Of a DNA stretch of 64,000 nt, positions 30,404 to 40,327 are shown one piece after another. The notes beneath the pieces are model-generated. The model did not search any database and had not been told where the DNA came from. It saw only the letters and a list, made by a program, of their open reading frames with translations. The stretch covers positions 6,402 to 70,401 of the forward strand of contig CAYZRM010000001.1 in the NCBI GenBank assembly GCA_964480845.1, in the 5' to 3' direction. A program made the translations under genes and the position numbers. This DNA comes from an uncultured Coxiellaceae bacterium. Lineage in GTDB: Bacteria > Pseudomonadota > Gammaproteobacteria > DSM-16500. Positions within the stretch are counted from its first letter, which is position 1, and each line of letters begins with the position of its first letter.

Positions 30404-31642
30404 CTAGCCAGTGTTTACTTTGTTATCATTTTCTGTTTTAGAAAAATATTTATGGATAGTGTAGCTTACTGAATCAGTGGCGCGACGAAATATACCACCT
30501 TTGGGGTTGTTATTTAAGGCAACCAGTGGTTGGGTCGCAATGGTTTGGTTGTTTAAGTTAATATTAATAGAGCCATATGGTTGGCCTTTAACCAAAGGAG
30601 CTTTCAGTGGGGTGGTTAACTGAACAGCTGCTTGTACTTTTTTGAATTGGCCTGTTGGGACTGTCACATAAAAATCTTCGGTAACACCTAATGGCGTTTC
30701 GGATTGCTGACCTTGCCATACACGTGCTTTAACAACAGGGGCGGATGCGCTATATAATTTATGTGTTTCAAAAAAGCGGAACCCATACGTTAATAAACGA
30801 ATAGAGTCTTCGGTGCGAGCTTGATCGGTTGGCTCACCTAGTACAATACTAACTAAACGCATGCCATCTTTCTTGGCAGAGGCAACCAAGCAATATCCAG
30901 CTTCATTGGTGTGGCCAGTTTTTAAACCATCAGCATATTGGTAGCGCCATAATAAGCGATTACGATTAGATTGTTTAATATTATTATAAGTGAACCATTT
31001 TTCAGAATAGAAGCCATAATCTTCTGGGAAGTTTTTAATGTAAGCGCGCGTTAGAATGGCTAAATCATGAGCGGTGGAGTAATGGTCTGGGTTGGGTAGG
31101 CCGGTGCTATCCATAAAATGACTATTATTCATACCTAATTGCTTTGCTTGCTGATTCATTAAGGCAACAAATGCTTCTTCAGAGCCTGCAACGTATTCAG
31201 CCATAGCGACAGTGGCATCGTTACCAGAGTCAACAATAATGCCTTGTACTAGGTCGCGTACGGGTACTTCATCCCCTGCTTTGACAAACATGCGGGAGCC
31301 TTCTGTTTTCCAAGCTTTGGTGCTGATACGGACATTATCATCCATGTGGATTTGGCCATTTTTCAGCGCTGCTGAAATAATATACATGGACATTAGTTTG
31401 GTTAAGCTAGCGGGTGGTAAGCGATTCTGTGAGTTTTTTTCTGCCAGAATTCGGCCGCTAGTAGAATCCATTAGTATGTACCCAGTTGCCTCTAAATTAG
31501 GCGCATTTGGGGTGAAGCTAGGCTGCTGTGGTTGGGTAGGTACTGGAATAATGGGGTTTGCACATAAGGATGTGCAAAACATAAAGCTGGCCAATAAGGC
31601 AGCGATAGATCGCTTACCTATAATAGATGAAGTTAGACGCAT
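30404..31642 (-). CDS. dacA: D-alanyl-D-alanine carboxypeptidase (PBP5/6 family, peptidase S11)
   Basis: Signal peptide. SxxK (ASLTKLM), SxN (DSGNDA) and KTG (LKTGHT) motifs, plus a C-terminal beta-sandwich and amphipathic tail. Confidence 0.88.
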   Translation of the reverse strand: MRLTSSIIGKRSIAALLASFMFCTSLCANPIIPVPTQPQQPSFTPNAPNLEATGYILMDSTSGRILAEKNSQNRLPPASLTKLMSMYIISAALKNGQIHMDDNVRISTKAWKTEGSRMFVKAGDEVPVRDLVQGIIVDSGNDATVAMAEYVAGSEEAFVALMNQQAKQLGMNNSHFMDSTGLPNPDHYSTAHDLAILTRAYIKNFPEDYGFYSEKWFTYNNIKQSNRNRLLWRYQYADGLKTGHTNEAGYCLVASAKKDGMRLVSIVLGEPTDQARTEDSIRLLTYGFRFFETHKLYSASAPVVKARVWQGQQSETPLGVTEDFYVTVPTGQFKKVQAAVQLTTPLKAPLVKGQPYGSININLNNQTIATQPLVALNNNPKGGIFRRATDSVSYTIHKYFSKTENDNKVNTG

Positions 31643-31834
31643 GAAAAGGTTCCCTATTGTTTTAGTGACAAAGCGCTTCTAAAGAGATGGCAGTGTAACA
31701 AAAATGTAGGGGTGTCTCTAGGGTTTGTGGGATGAAATTTATGTCGCCTACTAGACTTTCATCTCTTACTGATTTAGTGTTTTTGTTTTATTGATTCATC
31801 TCATTGGACTAACTATATATTAAGGAATAAGCTC

Positions 31835-32167
31835 ATGTCTTTATTTCGTGTCTTGATGGCAACAGCAGTTGCTGCTGTGATTGCAAGCCCAATTTATGCC
31901 AGTGAAACTGCTACCCAAGAGCCAGCAACGACTGCTGCTATGCTTGCTAGCGACGCTGCTGATGTAAAAGTCAATTTGAATAAAGCAACGGCTAAAGAAT
32001 TAATGAAAGTAAAGGGTTTGAATGCACCTAAAGCGCGTGCCATCGTTGCTTACCGTAAAAAACATGGTGACTTTAAATCCATGGATGAGTTAATGAAGGT
32101 AAAAGGCTTTAAAAAAGTAAATCAAGAAAAAATGGAAGAAATTAGCAATCAATTAACACTGGACTAA
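31835..32167 (+). CDS. comEA: ComEA-family helix-hairpin-helix DNA-binding protein
   Basis: 110 aa. Signal peptide followed by tandem HhH: VNLNKATAKELMKVKGLNAPKARAIVAYRKKHGDFKSMDELMKVKGF. Confidence 0.8.
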   Translation: MSLFRVLMATAVAAVIASPIYASETATQEPATTAAMLASDAADVKVNLNKATAKELMKVKGLNAPKARAIVAYRKKHGDFKSMDELMKVKGFKKVNQEKMEEISNQLTLD

Positions 32168-32190
32168 TTGTTAATGATTCTTCTAAAAAA

Positions 32191-32213
32191 GGGTGCTTTG
32201 GGCACCCTTTTTT
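32191..32213 (+). terminator. Rho-independent terminator after comEA
   Basis: gggtgc-tttgg-gcaccc followed by T5-6 and preceded by an A-run, so it could act bidirectionally. Confidence 0.8.
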
Positions 32214-32258
32214 GCTATGTTGGGATCCGATTAACAAGGACAGTCAAAGAGGTTTAGT

Positions 32259-33695
32259 GTGCTAAAAAAAGAAATCGTTCCAGTTATTTTATGCGGTGGG
32301 TCGGGTACTAGATTATGGCCATTATCACGTCGTGTGCACCCAAAACAATTGCTTCCTTTGGTTGATGATCAAAGTATGCTGCAAAATACCATTTCTCGCG
32401 TTCAAAATATAGGCACCATGCAGCCTATGGTTATTTGTAATCAGGAATATCGATTTATTATCGCTGAACAGTTGTGCCAAGCGGGCTATAAGCAGGCAGA
32501 AATTTTCTTAGAGCCAGTAGGGCGTAATACTGCTCCGGCTATTACCATTGCAGCTATGCATATGCTTAACCAAGGTAAAGATCCGTTACTATTTGTGATG
32601 CCAGCGGATCATGTCATTGGCCAGCAAGACCAGCTAGCAGCTACTGTGGCAGCGGGAGCAGAATTAGCGGAGCAAGGTTATTTAGTAACCTTCGGTGTGG
32701 TGCCTACTAAGCCAGAAACAGGTTATGGCTATATCTTAAAGGGTGAAAGTGTCGGCAATAATGCCGGCTTCAACGTTAAACGTTTTGTAGAGAAGCCTAA
32801 TTTAGAGAAGGCGCAAGAATATATTGCAAGCAAAGCTTATCTTTGGAATAGCGGAATGTTTTTGTTTAAAGCATCTACTTTCCTTAAAGCAATGCAAGAG
32901 CACGCAAATGATATTTATGTTGCTTGTGAGGGCTTAGCTAAGCATATTGAGATTGATTTAGATTTTCATCGCTTGGGCAAAGAATTTGAACAGGTAAGAA
33001 GTGAATCCATAGACTTTGCAGTGATGGAAAAGGCTAGCAATATTGCGGTTGTTCCTTTGCAATCTGATTGGAGTGATGTGGGCTCTTGGGATGTACTTTG
33101 GGATATCAGCGAGAAAGATAGTGATGGAAATGTTAAACGTGGCAATGTTTACACAGAAAATGTTAAAGACTCTTACTTGCGATCTGATAAGCGGTTAGTG
33201 GGTGTGGTTGGTTTATCCAATGTGGCTGTGGTGGAGACACCAGATGCTATTTTGGTGGCAAATAAAGAGAGTTGCCAGGATATTAAAGGGTTAGTCGCAA
33301 CGCTTCAGAAACAAGCGAGAGAAGAGGTTGAGATTCATACTCGTGCTTATCGTCCTTGGGGTTATTATGAGAGTCTGAGTAAGAGTGATAGCTATCAAGT
33401 AAAGCATATTTGTGTGAATCCTGGGGCGAAATTATCTTTGCAAATGCATTATCGCCGTTCTGAGCATTGGGTCATCATTAAAGGTACAGCGATTGTTACT
33501 CATGGCGAAGAAGAGATTGAATTAACTGCTAACCAATCTATTTATATTCCTGTGACAGTGAAGCATAGAATGGAAAATCGTACGAAAGAACCGTTGCATT
33601 TTATTGAAGTGCAAACTGGGGATTATTTTGGTGAAGATGATATTGTGCGGTTTGAGGATATTTATGGAAGGAGAGAAAAAGACGGGATAGTTTGA
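32259..33695 (+). CDS. manC: Mannose-1-phosphate guanylyltransferase / mannose-6-phosphate isomerase (type II PMI-GMP)
   Basis: 478 aa with a GTG start. N-terminus VILCGGSGTRLWPLSR. C-terminal cupin with QMHYRRSEHWVIIKG. Confidence 0.88.
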   Translation: MLKKEIVPVILCGGSGTRLWPLSRRVHPKQLLPLVDDQSMLQNTISRVQNIGTMQPMVICNQEYRFIIAEQLCQAGYKQAEIFLEPVGRNTAPAITIAAMHMLNQGKDPLLFVMPADHVIGQQDQLAATVAAGAELAEQGYLVTFGVVPTKPETGYGYILKGESVGNNAGFNVKRFVEKPNLEKAQEYIASKAYLWNSGMFLFKASTFLKAMQEHANDIYVACEGLAKHIEIDLDFHRLGKEFEQVRSESIDFAVMEKASNIAVVPLQSDWSDVGSWDVLWDISEKDSDGNVKRGNVYTENVKDSYLRSDKRLVGVVGLSNVAVVETPDAILVANKESCQDIKGLVATLQKQAREEVEIHTRAYRPWGYYESLSKSDSYQVKHICVNPGAKLSLQMHYRRSEHWVIIKGTAIVTHGEEEIELTANQSIYIPVTVKHRMENRTKEPLHFIEVQTGDYFGEDDIVRFEDIYGRREKDGIV

Positions 33696-33726
33696 TGTAA
33701 TTCTGTTTTGATTAACTGCGAAAAAT

Positions 33727-33755
33727 AAAAATCCCTCTTTCCAGGGGGATTTTTA
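33727..33755. terminator. Bidirectional terminator between convergent manC and gmd
   Basis: An A-run, stem aaaaatccc / gggattttt, then a T-run. The stem is weak. Confidence 0.45.
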
Positions 33756-33772
33756 TCTGGGGTAATTTTTGC

Positions 33773-34864
33773 TTACTCATTATAGGCATATACAGAAAAA
33801 CCGTTCTGTAATGATATTTTATCTCGCTTAGCTTCTTTCAAGTCTTCTGCAACCATTTCTGCTACTAGCTCGTCAAAGCTGATTTTAGGTGCCCAATTTA
33901 ATCTGTGTTGAGCTTTTGTTGCATCACCAAGAAGCGTTTCTACTTCAGCAGGGCGGAAGTAGCGAGGGTCAACTGCTACAATAACATTTCCATATTGATC
34001 GTAGCCTTTTTCTTCAGTACCAGATCCGCTCCAGGTAATATGGATATCCAGTTCTTTTGCTGCTCTCATGACAAAATCTCGAACAGAATATTGTTTGCCC
34101 GTTGCTATGACAAAATCTTCGGGTTTTTCCTGTTGAAGCATTAGCCATTGAGCTTCTATATAATCTTTTGCATGTCCCCAGTCACGTTTAGCATCCAAAT
34201 TACCTAAGAATAGAGAGTAATCTTGTAGTCCTAATTTGATTTTAGTTAGTGCTCTGGTTATCTTTCGGCTTACAAATGTTTCACCACGTAAAGGAGATTC
34301 ATGATTAAATAAAATGCCATTGCACGCATAGATGCCATATGCCTCACGATAATTTACTGTGATCCAGTAAGCGTATAATTTAGCCACAGCATAAGGTGAT
34401 CGGGGATAGAAGGGGGTTTTTTCGCTTTGTGGGATTTCTTGTACAAGCCCATACAGTTCTGAAGTGGATGCTTGGTAAAAACGTGTTTTTTTCTCTAGCC
34501 CTAAAATACGAATAGCTTCCAATATTCTGAGTGGACCAATAGCATCTGCATTGGCTGTATATTCAGGTTCTTCAAAAGAGACGGCCACATGGCTTTGTGC
34601 CGCTAAATTGTAGATTTCATCGGGCTGGGTTTGTTGAATGATGCGAATCAAGCTACTGGAATCCGTCATGTCGCCATGATGCAAGAAAAACCGAGTATTA
34701 CGTTTGTGAGGGTCCTGATAGAGATGATCAATGCGATCGGTGTTGAATAAAGAGGTACGTCGTTTGATGCCATGAACGATGTAACCTTTCTCTAACAAAA
34801 ATTCAGCTAAATATGCGCCGTCTTGGCCAGTAATACCAGTTACTAATGCTACTTTATTATTCAT
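33773..34864 (-). CDS. gmd: GDP-mannose 4,6-dehydratase
   Basis: [43 protein letters not shown] is the canonical Gmd N-terminus. I prefer the ATG at 34864 over the track start at 34903. Confidence 0.92.
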   Translation of the reverse strand: MNNKVALVTGITGQDGAYLAEFLLEKGYIVHGIKRRTSLFNTDRIDHLYQDPHKRNTRFFLHHGDMTDSSSLIRIIQQTQPDEIYNLAAQSHVAVSFEEPEYTANADAIGPLRILEAIRILGLEKKTRFYQASTSELYGLVQEIPQSEKTPFYPRSPYAVAKLYAYWITVNYREAYGIYACNGILFNHESPLRGETFVSRKITRALTKIKLGLQDYSLFLGNLDAKRDWGHAKDYIEAQWLMLQQEKPEDFVIATGKQYSVRDFVMRAAKELDIHITWSGSGTEEKGYDQYGNVIVAVDPRYFRPAEVETLLGDATKAQHRLNWAPKISFDELVAEMVAEDLKEAKRDKISLQNGFSVYAYNE

Positions 34865-35371
34865 TTTTACACCTAGTCCATTATTTATATGCGAATCTTC
34901 CACTCTAGAATCAGGAATGGTCTATCAAGGTTGCGATAATACTTTAGTTCCCGATGTTGGGCAAATAATCTATTAACATCAAATAGTTTTTTTGCGCCCA
35001 CATTCTTGAATAGCGCAAAATTTGTTTAAAAAATCGTTTTTTTTGCTGGTCTATATCTGAATGATCTAACTGCAAGTGCTGGTACTATATGCTTGGTGTT
35101 TAACTTGGGCACTAGCCCTTAGTTGTCTTTTAAGAAAAAACTATCAATCCACAGTATTTTTCGCTTTTTTTGTATCAGCATTATTGTAGCCATATATTTT
35201 GAAGACTTCTCCAATCATGTCTTTTCTCATAGTAATGCTGGTTTTTGCATTTTCCTTAGCCTATCAATCTTGCGTAACATCATTTAGCAGGATAGAATGC
35301 CGCGATATAAACAGGGATTCCAATTTTATTCATAAGTTGGCGTTGATTTACGGCATCTTCAGGAGCAAAAA

Positions 35372-36457
35372 ATGTTCATTCCAATTTATCAACCCTACCT
35401 CAATGGCAATGAGAAAAAATACGTTAATGAATGCTTGGATTCTAGCTGGATTTCATCAAAAGGTGAATTTATAGCGCGTTTTGAAAAAGGATTTGGTGAG
35501 TATATTGATGCGCCTTATTCAACCAGTGTTTGCAATGGTACGGTTGCCATTCATTTAGCACTAGCTGCATTAGGTATTCAGTCAGGAGATGAAATTATTG
35601 TACCTACCCTGACTTATGTTGCTTCTGTCAACACTATTGTGCAAGTTGGGGCAGTTCCTGTTTTTGCTGATAGCTTAGAAAAAACTTGGCAGGTAGATCC
35701 AGTGTCTATTCGTCAAAAAATCACCCCTAAAACAAAAGCAATTATGGCGGTTCATTTATATGGCCATCCTTGTGATATGCAGCCAATCTTAGATATTTGT
35801 AAAGAGCATAATTTGTATTTAATTGAAGATTGTGCAGAGGCGTTCGGTACGTATTATCGTGGCCAACATGTCGGCACATTTGGTGATGTTGCTACTTTTA
35901 GTTTTTTCGGAAATAAAACCCTTACTACCGGAGAAGGTGGAATGGTAGTTGCGCGTTCATCAGAAGTATTTGCCCGCTGTAATCTATTGAAAAATCAGGG
36001 TGTTTCTAGTCAAAAGATGTATTGGCATGATGTAGTTGCTTACAATTATCGCATGACAAATATTTGTGCAGCTATCGGGTTGGCTCAATTAGAACAAGTG
36101 AATGAAATTTTAGAAAAGAAAAGAAAAATAGCCGAATGGTACAGGGAAGATTTGCAAGGATTACCTTTAAAGACACATGATGAAGTGGGTGATGTAAAGC
36201 ATTCTTACTGGATGTGTTCAATTATATTGAATGATGCAAAGCACAGGGATGTTCTACGCGATTACCTGAAAAATGCAAATATTGAAACACGGCCTTTATT
36301 CTATCCTGTTCACACCATGCCTATGTACCAGGACAAATCTTCTTATCCAGTAGCAGAATCAATAGGCGGCCGAGGCATTAACTTGCCAAGTTGGCCTGCA
36401 TTAACTCGTGACAAAGTCTCCATAATCACTGGTAAAATCCAGGAGTATTTTTCTTGA
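35372..36457 (+). CDS. per: GDP-perosamine synthase (GDP-4-keto-6-deoxy-D-mannose 4-aminotransferase, DegT family)
   Basis: 361 aa, near-collinear with the remembered E. coli O157 Per / V. cholerae RfbE: IP.YQP.L.G.EK.YVNECLDS.WISSKG, FSFFGNKT.TTGEGGMVV (PLP Lys retained), YNYRMTNICAAIGLAQLEQ, ETRP.FYPVHTMPMY. Confidence 0.85.
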   Translation: MFIPIYQPYLNGNEKKYVNECLDSSWISSKGEFIARFEKGFGEYIDAPYSTSVCNGTVAIHLALAALGIQSGDEIIVPTLTYVASVNTIVQVGAVPVFADSLEKTWQVDPVSIRQKITPKTKAIMAVHLYGHPCDMQPILDICKEHNLYLIEDCAEAFGTYYRGQHVGTFGDVATFSFFGNKTLTTGEGGMVVARSSEVFARCNLLKNQGVSSQKMYWHDVVAYNYRMTNICAAIGLAQLEQVNEILEKKRKIAEWYREDLQGLPLKTHDEVGDVKHSYWMCSIILNDAKHRDVLRDYLKNANIETRPLFYPVHTMPMYQDKSSYPVAESIGGRGINLPSWPALTRDKVSIITGKIQEYFS

Positions 36458-37245
36458 TCGCTCGATCTAGCTATTTAAGTGGAATTTGGAGTGCGCGCTA
36501 TTTTTGGGTGCACCTCGCTTTATCTGATATTCGTATCAAATATAGACGATCTTTATTAGGGTTAGCTTGGGCATTGGTTCAGCCACTAGCGCTCACTATT
36601 TTGTTATCATTTGTAATGGGAAATATTTTTCAAGCTAAAAGCGAACAATATGCCCCTTATATTTTTTCAGGATTAATTGTCTGGGAATTTATTACTTCAT
36701 CTGCTATTACTGGCTGTACCGCTTTGACGAACGCGGAAGGGTATATTAAGCAATTTACCCATCCGATGGCTATTTATACGCTACGCAGCGTTTTACCGTG
36801 TTTGATTAATCTTGGGTGTGCATCTTTAGGATTATTTGTTTGGTCTCTTATCGTTAATCCAGTTAACTTAAATGCAAGCTGGCTATGTTTACCAATATCA
36901 TTTGTGCTGATTTTTTTCTTTGCATGGCCGTTGGCTACAATAGCTGCGTTTATAGGCGTCCAATTTAGAGATTTCTCTCAATTAATTATTATTGGTCTTC
37001 AAGCAGTATATTATATATCACCCATCTTCTTTTTGCCGGATATGTTTTTAAAGGCTAAAATAGGGTTCGTGTTAATGTACAACCCTATTTATCATCTATT
37101 AAATTTATTCCGTATGCCTTTGTTATATGGTCAGATCCCATTCTTATTTAGTTATATGTATGTGTGCTCTGTTTGTTTATTATTATGGCTTATCGCATGG
37201 ATTTTTATTAAAAAAAATGAAAATAAAGTTATTTTTTACTTATAG
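36454..37245 (+). CDS. wzm: Polysaccharide ABC exporter permease (ABC-2, Wzm)
   Basis: 263 aa with 6 TM segments. N-terminal DIRIKYRRSLLGLAWALVQP motif. TTG start in a TTGA overlap with the per stop, with an AGGAG Shine-Dalgarno 8 nt upstream. Confidence 0.85.
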   Translation: MIARSSYLSGIWSARYFWVHLALSDIRIKYRRSLLGLAWALVQPLALTILLSFVMGNIFQAKSEQYAPYIFSGLIVWEFITSSAITGCTALTNAEGYIKQFTHPMAIYTLRSVLPCLINLGCASLGLFVWSLIVNPVNLNASWLCLPISFVLIFFFAWPLATIAAFIGVQFRDFSQLIIIGLQAVYYISPIFFLPDMFLKAKIGFVLMYNPIYHLLNLFRMPLLYGQIPFLFSYMYVCSVCLLLWLIAWIFIKKNENKVIFYL

Positions 37246-37256
37246 GGACATTATTA

Positions 37257-38003
37257 ATGAGCGTAGTTAGATTAGAGGGTGTAAACCTTCATTATTCTTC
37301 GCTTGCATACCGCGAAACATCTTTCAAAGCTTATATCTTTAAGTCATTAGGCTTAAGAAGAAAAAAAATGATAGATAACGTACATGCTTTAAAAGACATA
37401 AATATCAGTATTCAGTCGGGGGATAGGCTGGGGTTAATAGGTCATAATGGCGCAGGTAAGAGCACTTTACTAAAAACAATCGCAGGGCTTTATCCAATAT
37501 CCTCTGGTAAAAGAGAGGTGAAAGGTAGAATACGTTCATTATTTGAGCTCAGTTTGGGTTTTGAAATGGAAGCATCGGGCAGAGAAAATATTTTCTACCG
37601 CGGGCTTTTACTGGGTCAGACGCCCGGAGAGATGAGCCGATTATCTAAAGAAATTATAGAGTTTACTAATATTGGTGAATTCATTGATTATCCAATTAAA
37701 ACGTACTCAGCAGGTATGTTGGTTAGATTAGCATTTGCCATTTCTACTTCTATTCCGGGTGACTTATTGCTACTTGATGAGGTAGTAGGTGCGGGTGACG
37801 CAGATTTTATGGCAAAATCAACGCAACGGATCAATCAGCTGATTAATAATTCTCAAATGATGGTTTTAGCTTCTCATGACTTTGCAGCAATACGGAATTT
37901 TTGTAATCGAGCGCTAGTGCTAAAACATGGCAATATATTATTTGATGGAGATGTGGAAGGAGCCATAGCGTGTTATCACAGATCAATGAAGATAGAAGCT
38001 TAA
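37257..38003 (+). CDS. wzt: Polysaccharide ABC exporter ATP-binding protein (Wzt, NBD only)
   Basis: Walker A GHNGAGKST, signature YSAGMLVRLAF, Walker B LLLLDEVVGAGD. At 248 aa it has no C-terminal carbohydrate-binding domain. Confidence 0.85.
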   Translation: MSVVRLEGVNLHYSSLAYRETSFKAYIFKSLGLRRKKMIDNVHALKDINISIQSGDRLGLIGHNGAGKSTLLKTIAGLYPISSGKREVKGRIRSLFELSLGFEMEASGRENIFYRGLLLGQTPGEMSRLSKEIIEFTNIGEFIDYPIKTYSAGMLVRLAFAISTSIPGDLLLLDEVVGAGDADFMAKSTQRINQLINNSQMMVLASHDFAAIRNFCNRALVLKHGNILFDGDVEGAIACYHRSMKIEA

Positions 38004-40327
38004 AAATTAATTCATACAAAGAGCGGCGTGATTTAGCTAAGAAAAATCGTATTTTATGGCTAATCAATCACACCACTTTGCGTGACTTTGAAATCCCTAT
38101 GCTGATATCATTGGGCTTTGAGGTATATACACCAAAAAATATTCCCGAGTTTATTCATGAATGGAGCGGTTCAAATTGTTATGATTATGATGGCACGCTG
38201 ACTATTCCGTCCGAAGATCTAGCTATTTTAAACCAGCATGATTTTTATGATGGAGAGATGACAGAGACAATAGCGGCAATTATTAACAAATATTTTGCTT
38301 CCGCTTTTTGTGTTTTTTATCCAGCATTGCTAAATGAAGTGGTCAAAAATTTTCACGGGCATGTATTGCTTCGAGCATTTGGTTTGGATAAAAGTACCTC
38401 ATATACAAAAGTCATAGAAGATGCGCTGGGTAGAAATTTCTTTACCATCCTTAAAAAAATGGGTAATCGGTTTTGGTTCTCAGAGTCATATGATAATTTA
38501 AATGAGATTGAACATTATTCATTAAAAAATCGAGCTATTTATCACCCTCTTGGATTGCCAGAAAGTTTTTTTAAGCATCAGAATACATGGGTAGGCGGCG
38601 AGAAAAAAATTCTATTTTTCTGCTCAAGAATCAATGCTTCACCTACTTACTATGGGAAGATTTATAAAGAATTCAAACAAAATTTTGGTGATATTCCTCA
38701 TCTGATTGCTGGAAATCAACCTATAGCAGTAGACGATCCCTGTGTTGCAGGAAAGCAGTCTAGAGATACACTTGATCAGTGGTTAAAAAGTTATGCGGTT
38801 ATGTATTATCATTCAGAAGAGCCACGGCATTTACATTATCATCCACTAGAAGCTATTATTTTTGGTATGCCCCTCATTTTTATGCGTAAAGGAATTTTGG
38901 AGCATATGGGTGGAAAAGATCAGCCAGGGGCTTGTGAAACCATACAGGAAGCTAGAGAAAAAATTCATCGCATTATAGGTGGTGACACCATTTTTATTAA
39001 TGAAATTCTTAAGAGGCAGGTCGAAATGCTAACCGCTTTCTCTTTAGAATTTGCCAAAAAATTATGGCAAGAAAATTTCATTGATAAGGTATTGGTGGAA
39101 GAGATTACCTATACTAATATAAAGCCTATACATAAAATTGGTTTATTTTTGCCAGTGCCTTACAAGGGCGGAAGTCTGGTAGCTGCTAAAAATATAGCTA
39201 AAATGATTGTGCTAGGAAGTGAAGAGTTAGGTGATAATATTCAGCTTGTTTTTTCATGTGTGGAAAATGAATATAATGCAAAAGCTGATTTTAGAGACTT
39301 GACTGAGCTGGGCATTACCGTAAGAGAAACCAAGTGGATTAAACTGATAAAGCAGCAAGTAGAAGCTATACAAAATTTTGCTGGGAAAAAATCAAATTTA
39401 GATTTTCAACAATATTTGTTACCAACTGATGGTATTTGCAATTTCAATGACTGCGATTTTTGGTTGGTTATTTCAGATAGAACATGTTATCCGTTGGCTC
39501 CTATCAAACCCTATGGAATGGTTATCTATGATTATATACAGCGGTATGTGCCAGAAATCACCCATGGATCAGGGTCAGCTTTTGATAATTACATCGCAAG
39601 TGCAAGACAAGCAAATTTTGTATTAACAACCACGCCACAAACAGCTCAGGATGCAATCCAGTTTGCTGGTGTTAAAGCTAGTGCTGTGCATTTAATACCA
39701 ATGGAATTTGAACCAGTAAAAGCGGATGCTTGTCAATTAATAGAAAATGAAGAGCCTTATTTTTTATGGCCAACAAATACTAGCCCACATAAAAATCATT
39801 TAAAAGCCCTTGAAGCTTTACATATTTATTACAATGAATTGAACGGCAGCTATAATGTTCATATAACTGGTTCGGATACGGAAGATTTTTCTAATTCATC
39901 TAGTCCATGCAATTATGTTAAGCAAGTTGTTGAGGCAATCAATAAATCTAGCAAAACAAGGCAGAGCATTCATATTTTTGGTGATTTGCCTAGAAAGGAA
40001 TTCGCTAATAAGCTGAAAAAAGCTAGATTTGTGTGGCATCCAACCAAAATTGATAATGGTACCTATGCAGCTGTTGAGGCTGCTTATTTGGGTGTGCCTA
40101 CGCTTAGTAATGATTATCCCCAAATGCATTATATAAATGAGCGGTTTAGATTAAATTTACAATTTATAAATATGAATGAGCCTTATAAGGTCGCCCTAAA
40201 GCTAAAAGAAATGGAAAAAATGCAAGATAAGTTGCGCCTCCATTTGCCTAAACAGGAATTTTTAGAGCAATTCTCTTATGAAAGCTTAGCTGCTAATTTT
40301 TGGAGTTCAATATGGAAGCTGATGTAA
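37970..40327 (+). CDS. Large soluble protein with two GT-B-like (GT1/GT4-like) modules; putative polymerising glycosyltransferase
   Basis: 785 aa. Two regions resemble GT-B C-terminal halves: ...YYHSEEPRHLHYHPLEAIIFGMPLIF... and ...WHPTKIDNGTYAAVEAAYLGVPTL... The start is uncertain (GTG at 37970 overlaps wzt by 34 nt). The function is inferred from context. Confidence 0.45.
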   Translation: MLSQINEDRSLKINSYKERRDLAKKNRILWLINHTTLRDFEIPMLISLGFEVYTPKNIPEFIHEWSGSNCYDYDGTLTIPSEDLAILNQHDFYDGEMTETIAAIINKYFASAFCVFYPALLNEVVKNFHGHVLLRAFGLDKSTSYTKVIEDALGRNFFTILKKMGNRFWFSESYDNLNEIEHYSLKNRAIYHPLGLPESFFKHQNTWVGGEKKILFFCSRINASPTYYGKIYKEFKQNFGDIPHLIAGNQPIAVDDPCVAGKQSRDTLDQWLKSYAVMYYHSEEPRHLHYHPLEAIIFGMPLIFMRKGILEHMGGKDQPGACETIQEAREKIHRIIGGDTIFINEILKRQVEMLTAFSLEFAKKLWQENFIDKVLVEEITYTNIKPIHKIGLFLPVPYKGGSLVAAKNIAKMIVLGSEELGDNIQLVFSCVENEYNAKADFRDLTELGITVRETKWIKLIKQQVEAIQNFAGKKSNLDFQQYLLPTDGICNFNDCDFWLVISDRTCYPLAPIKPYGMVIYDYIQRYVPEITHGSGSAFDNYIASARQANFVLTTTPQTAQDAIQFAGVKASAVHLIPMEFEPVKADACQLIENEEPYFLWPTNTSPHKNHLKALEALHIYYNELNGSYNVHITGSDTEDFSNSSSPCNYVKQVVEAINKSSKTRQSIHIFGDLPRKEFANKLKKARFVWHPTKIDNGTYAAVEAAYLGVPTLSNDYPQMHYINERFRLNLQFINMNEPYKVALKLKEMEKMQDKLRLHLPKQEFLEQFSYESLAANFWSSIWKLM

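Noticed and set aside
31212-31682. 156-aa plus-strand ORF
   Set aside because: It is antisense to the well-supported dacA gene and contains no recognisable motif.
34904-35371. JUMPStart/ops (GGCGGTAG) RfaH antitermination element upstream of the glycan operon
   Set aside because: I read the 468-bp spacer on the plus strand and found no GGCGGTAG or close variant.
35199-35474. 91-aa ORF upstream of and overlapping per
   Set aside because: It has no Shine-Dalgarno, overlaps the strongly supported per start, and has a hydrophobic low-complexity sequence typical of AT-rich intergenic DNA.
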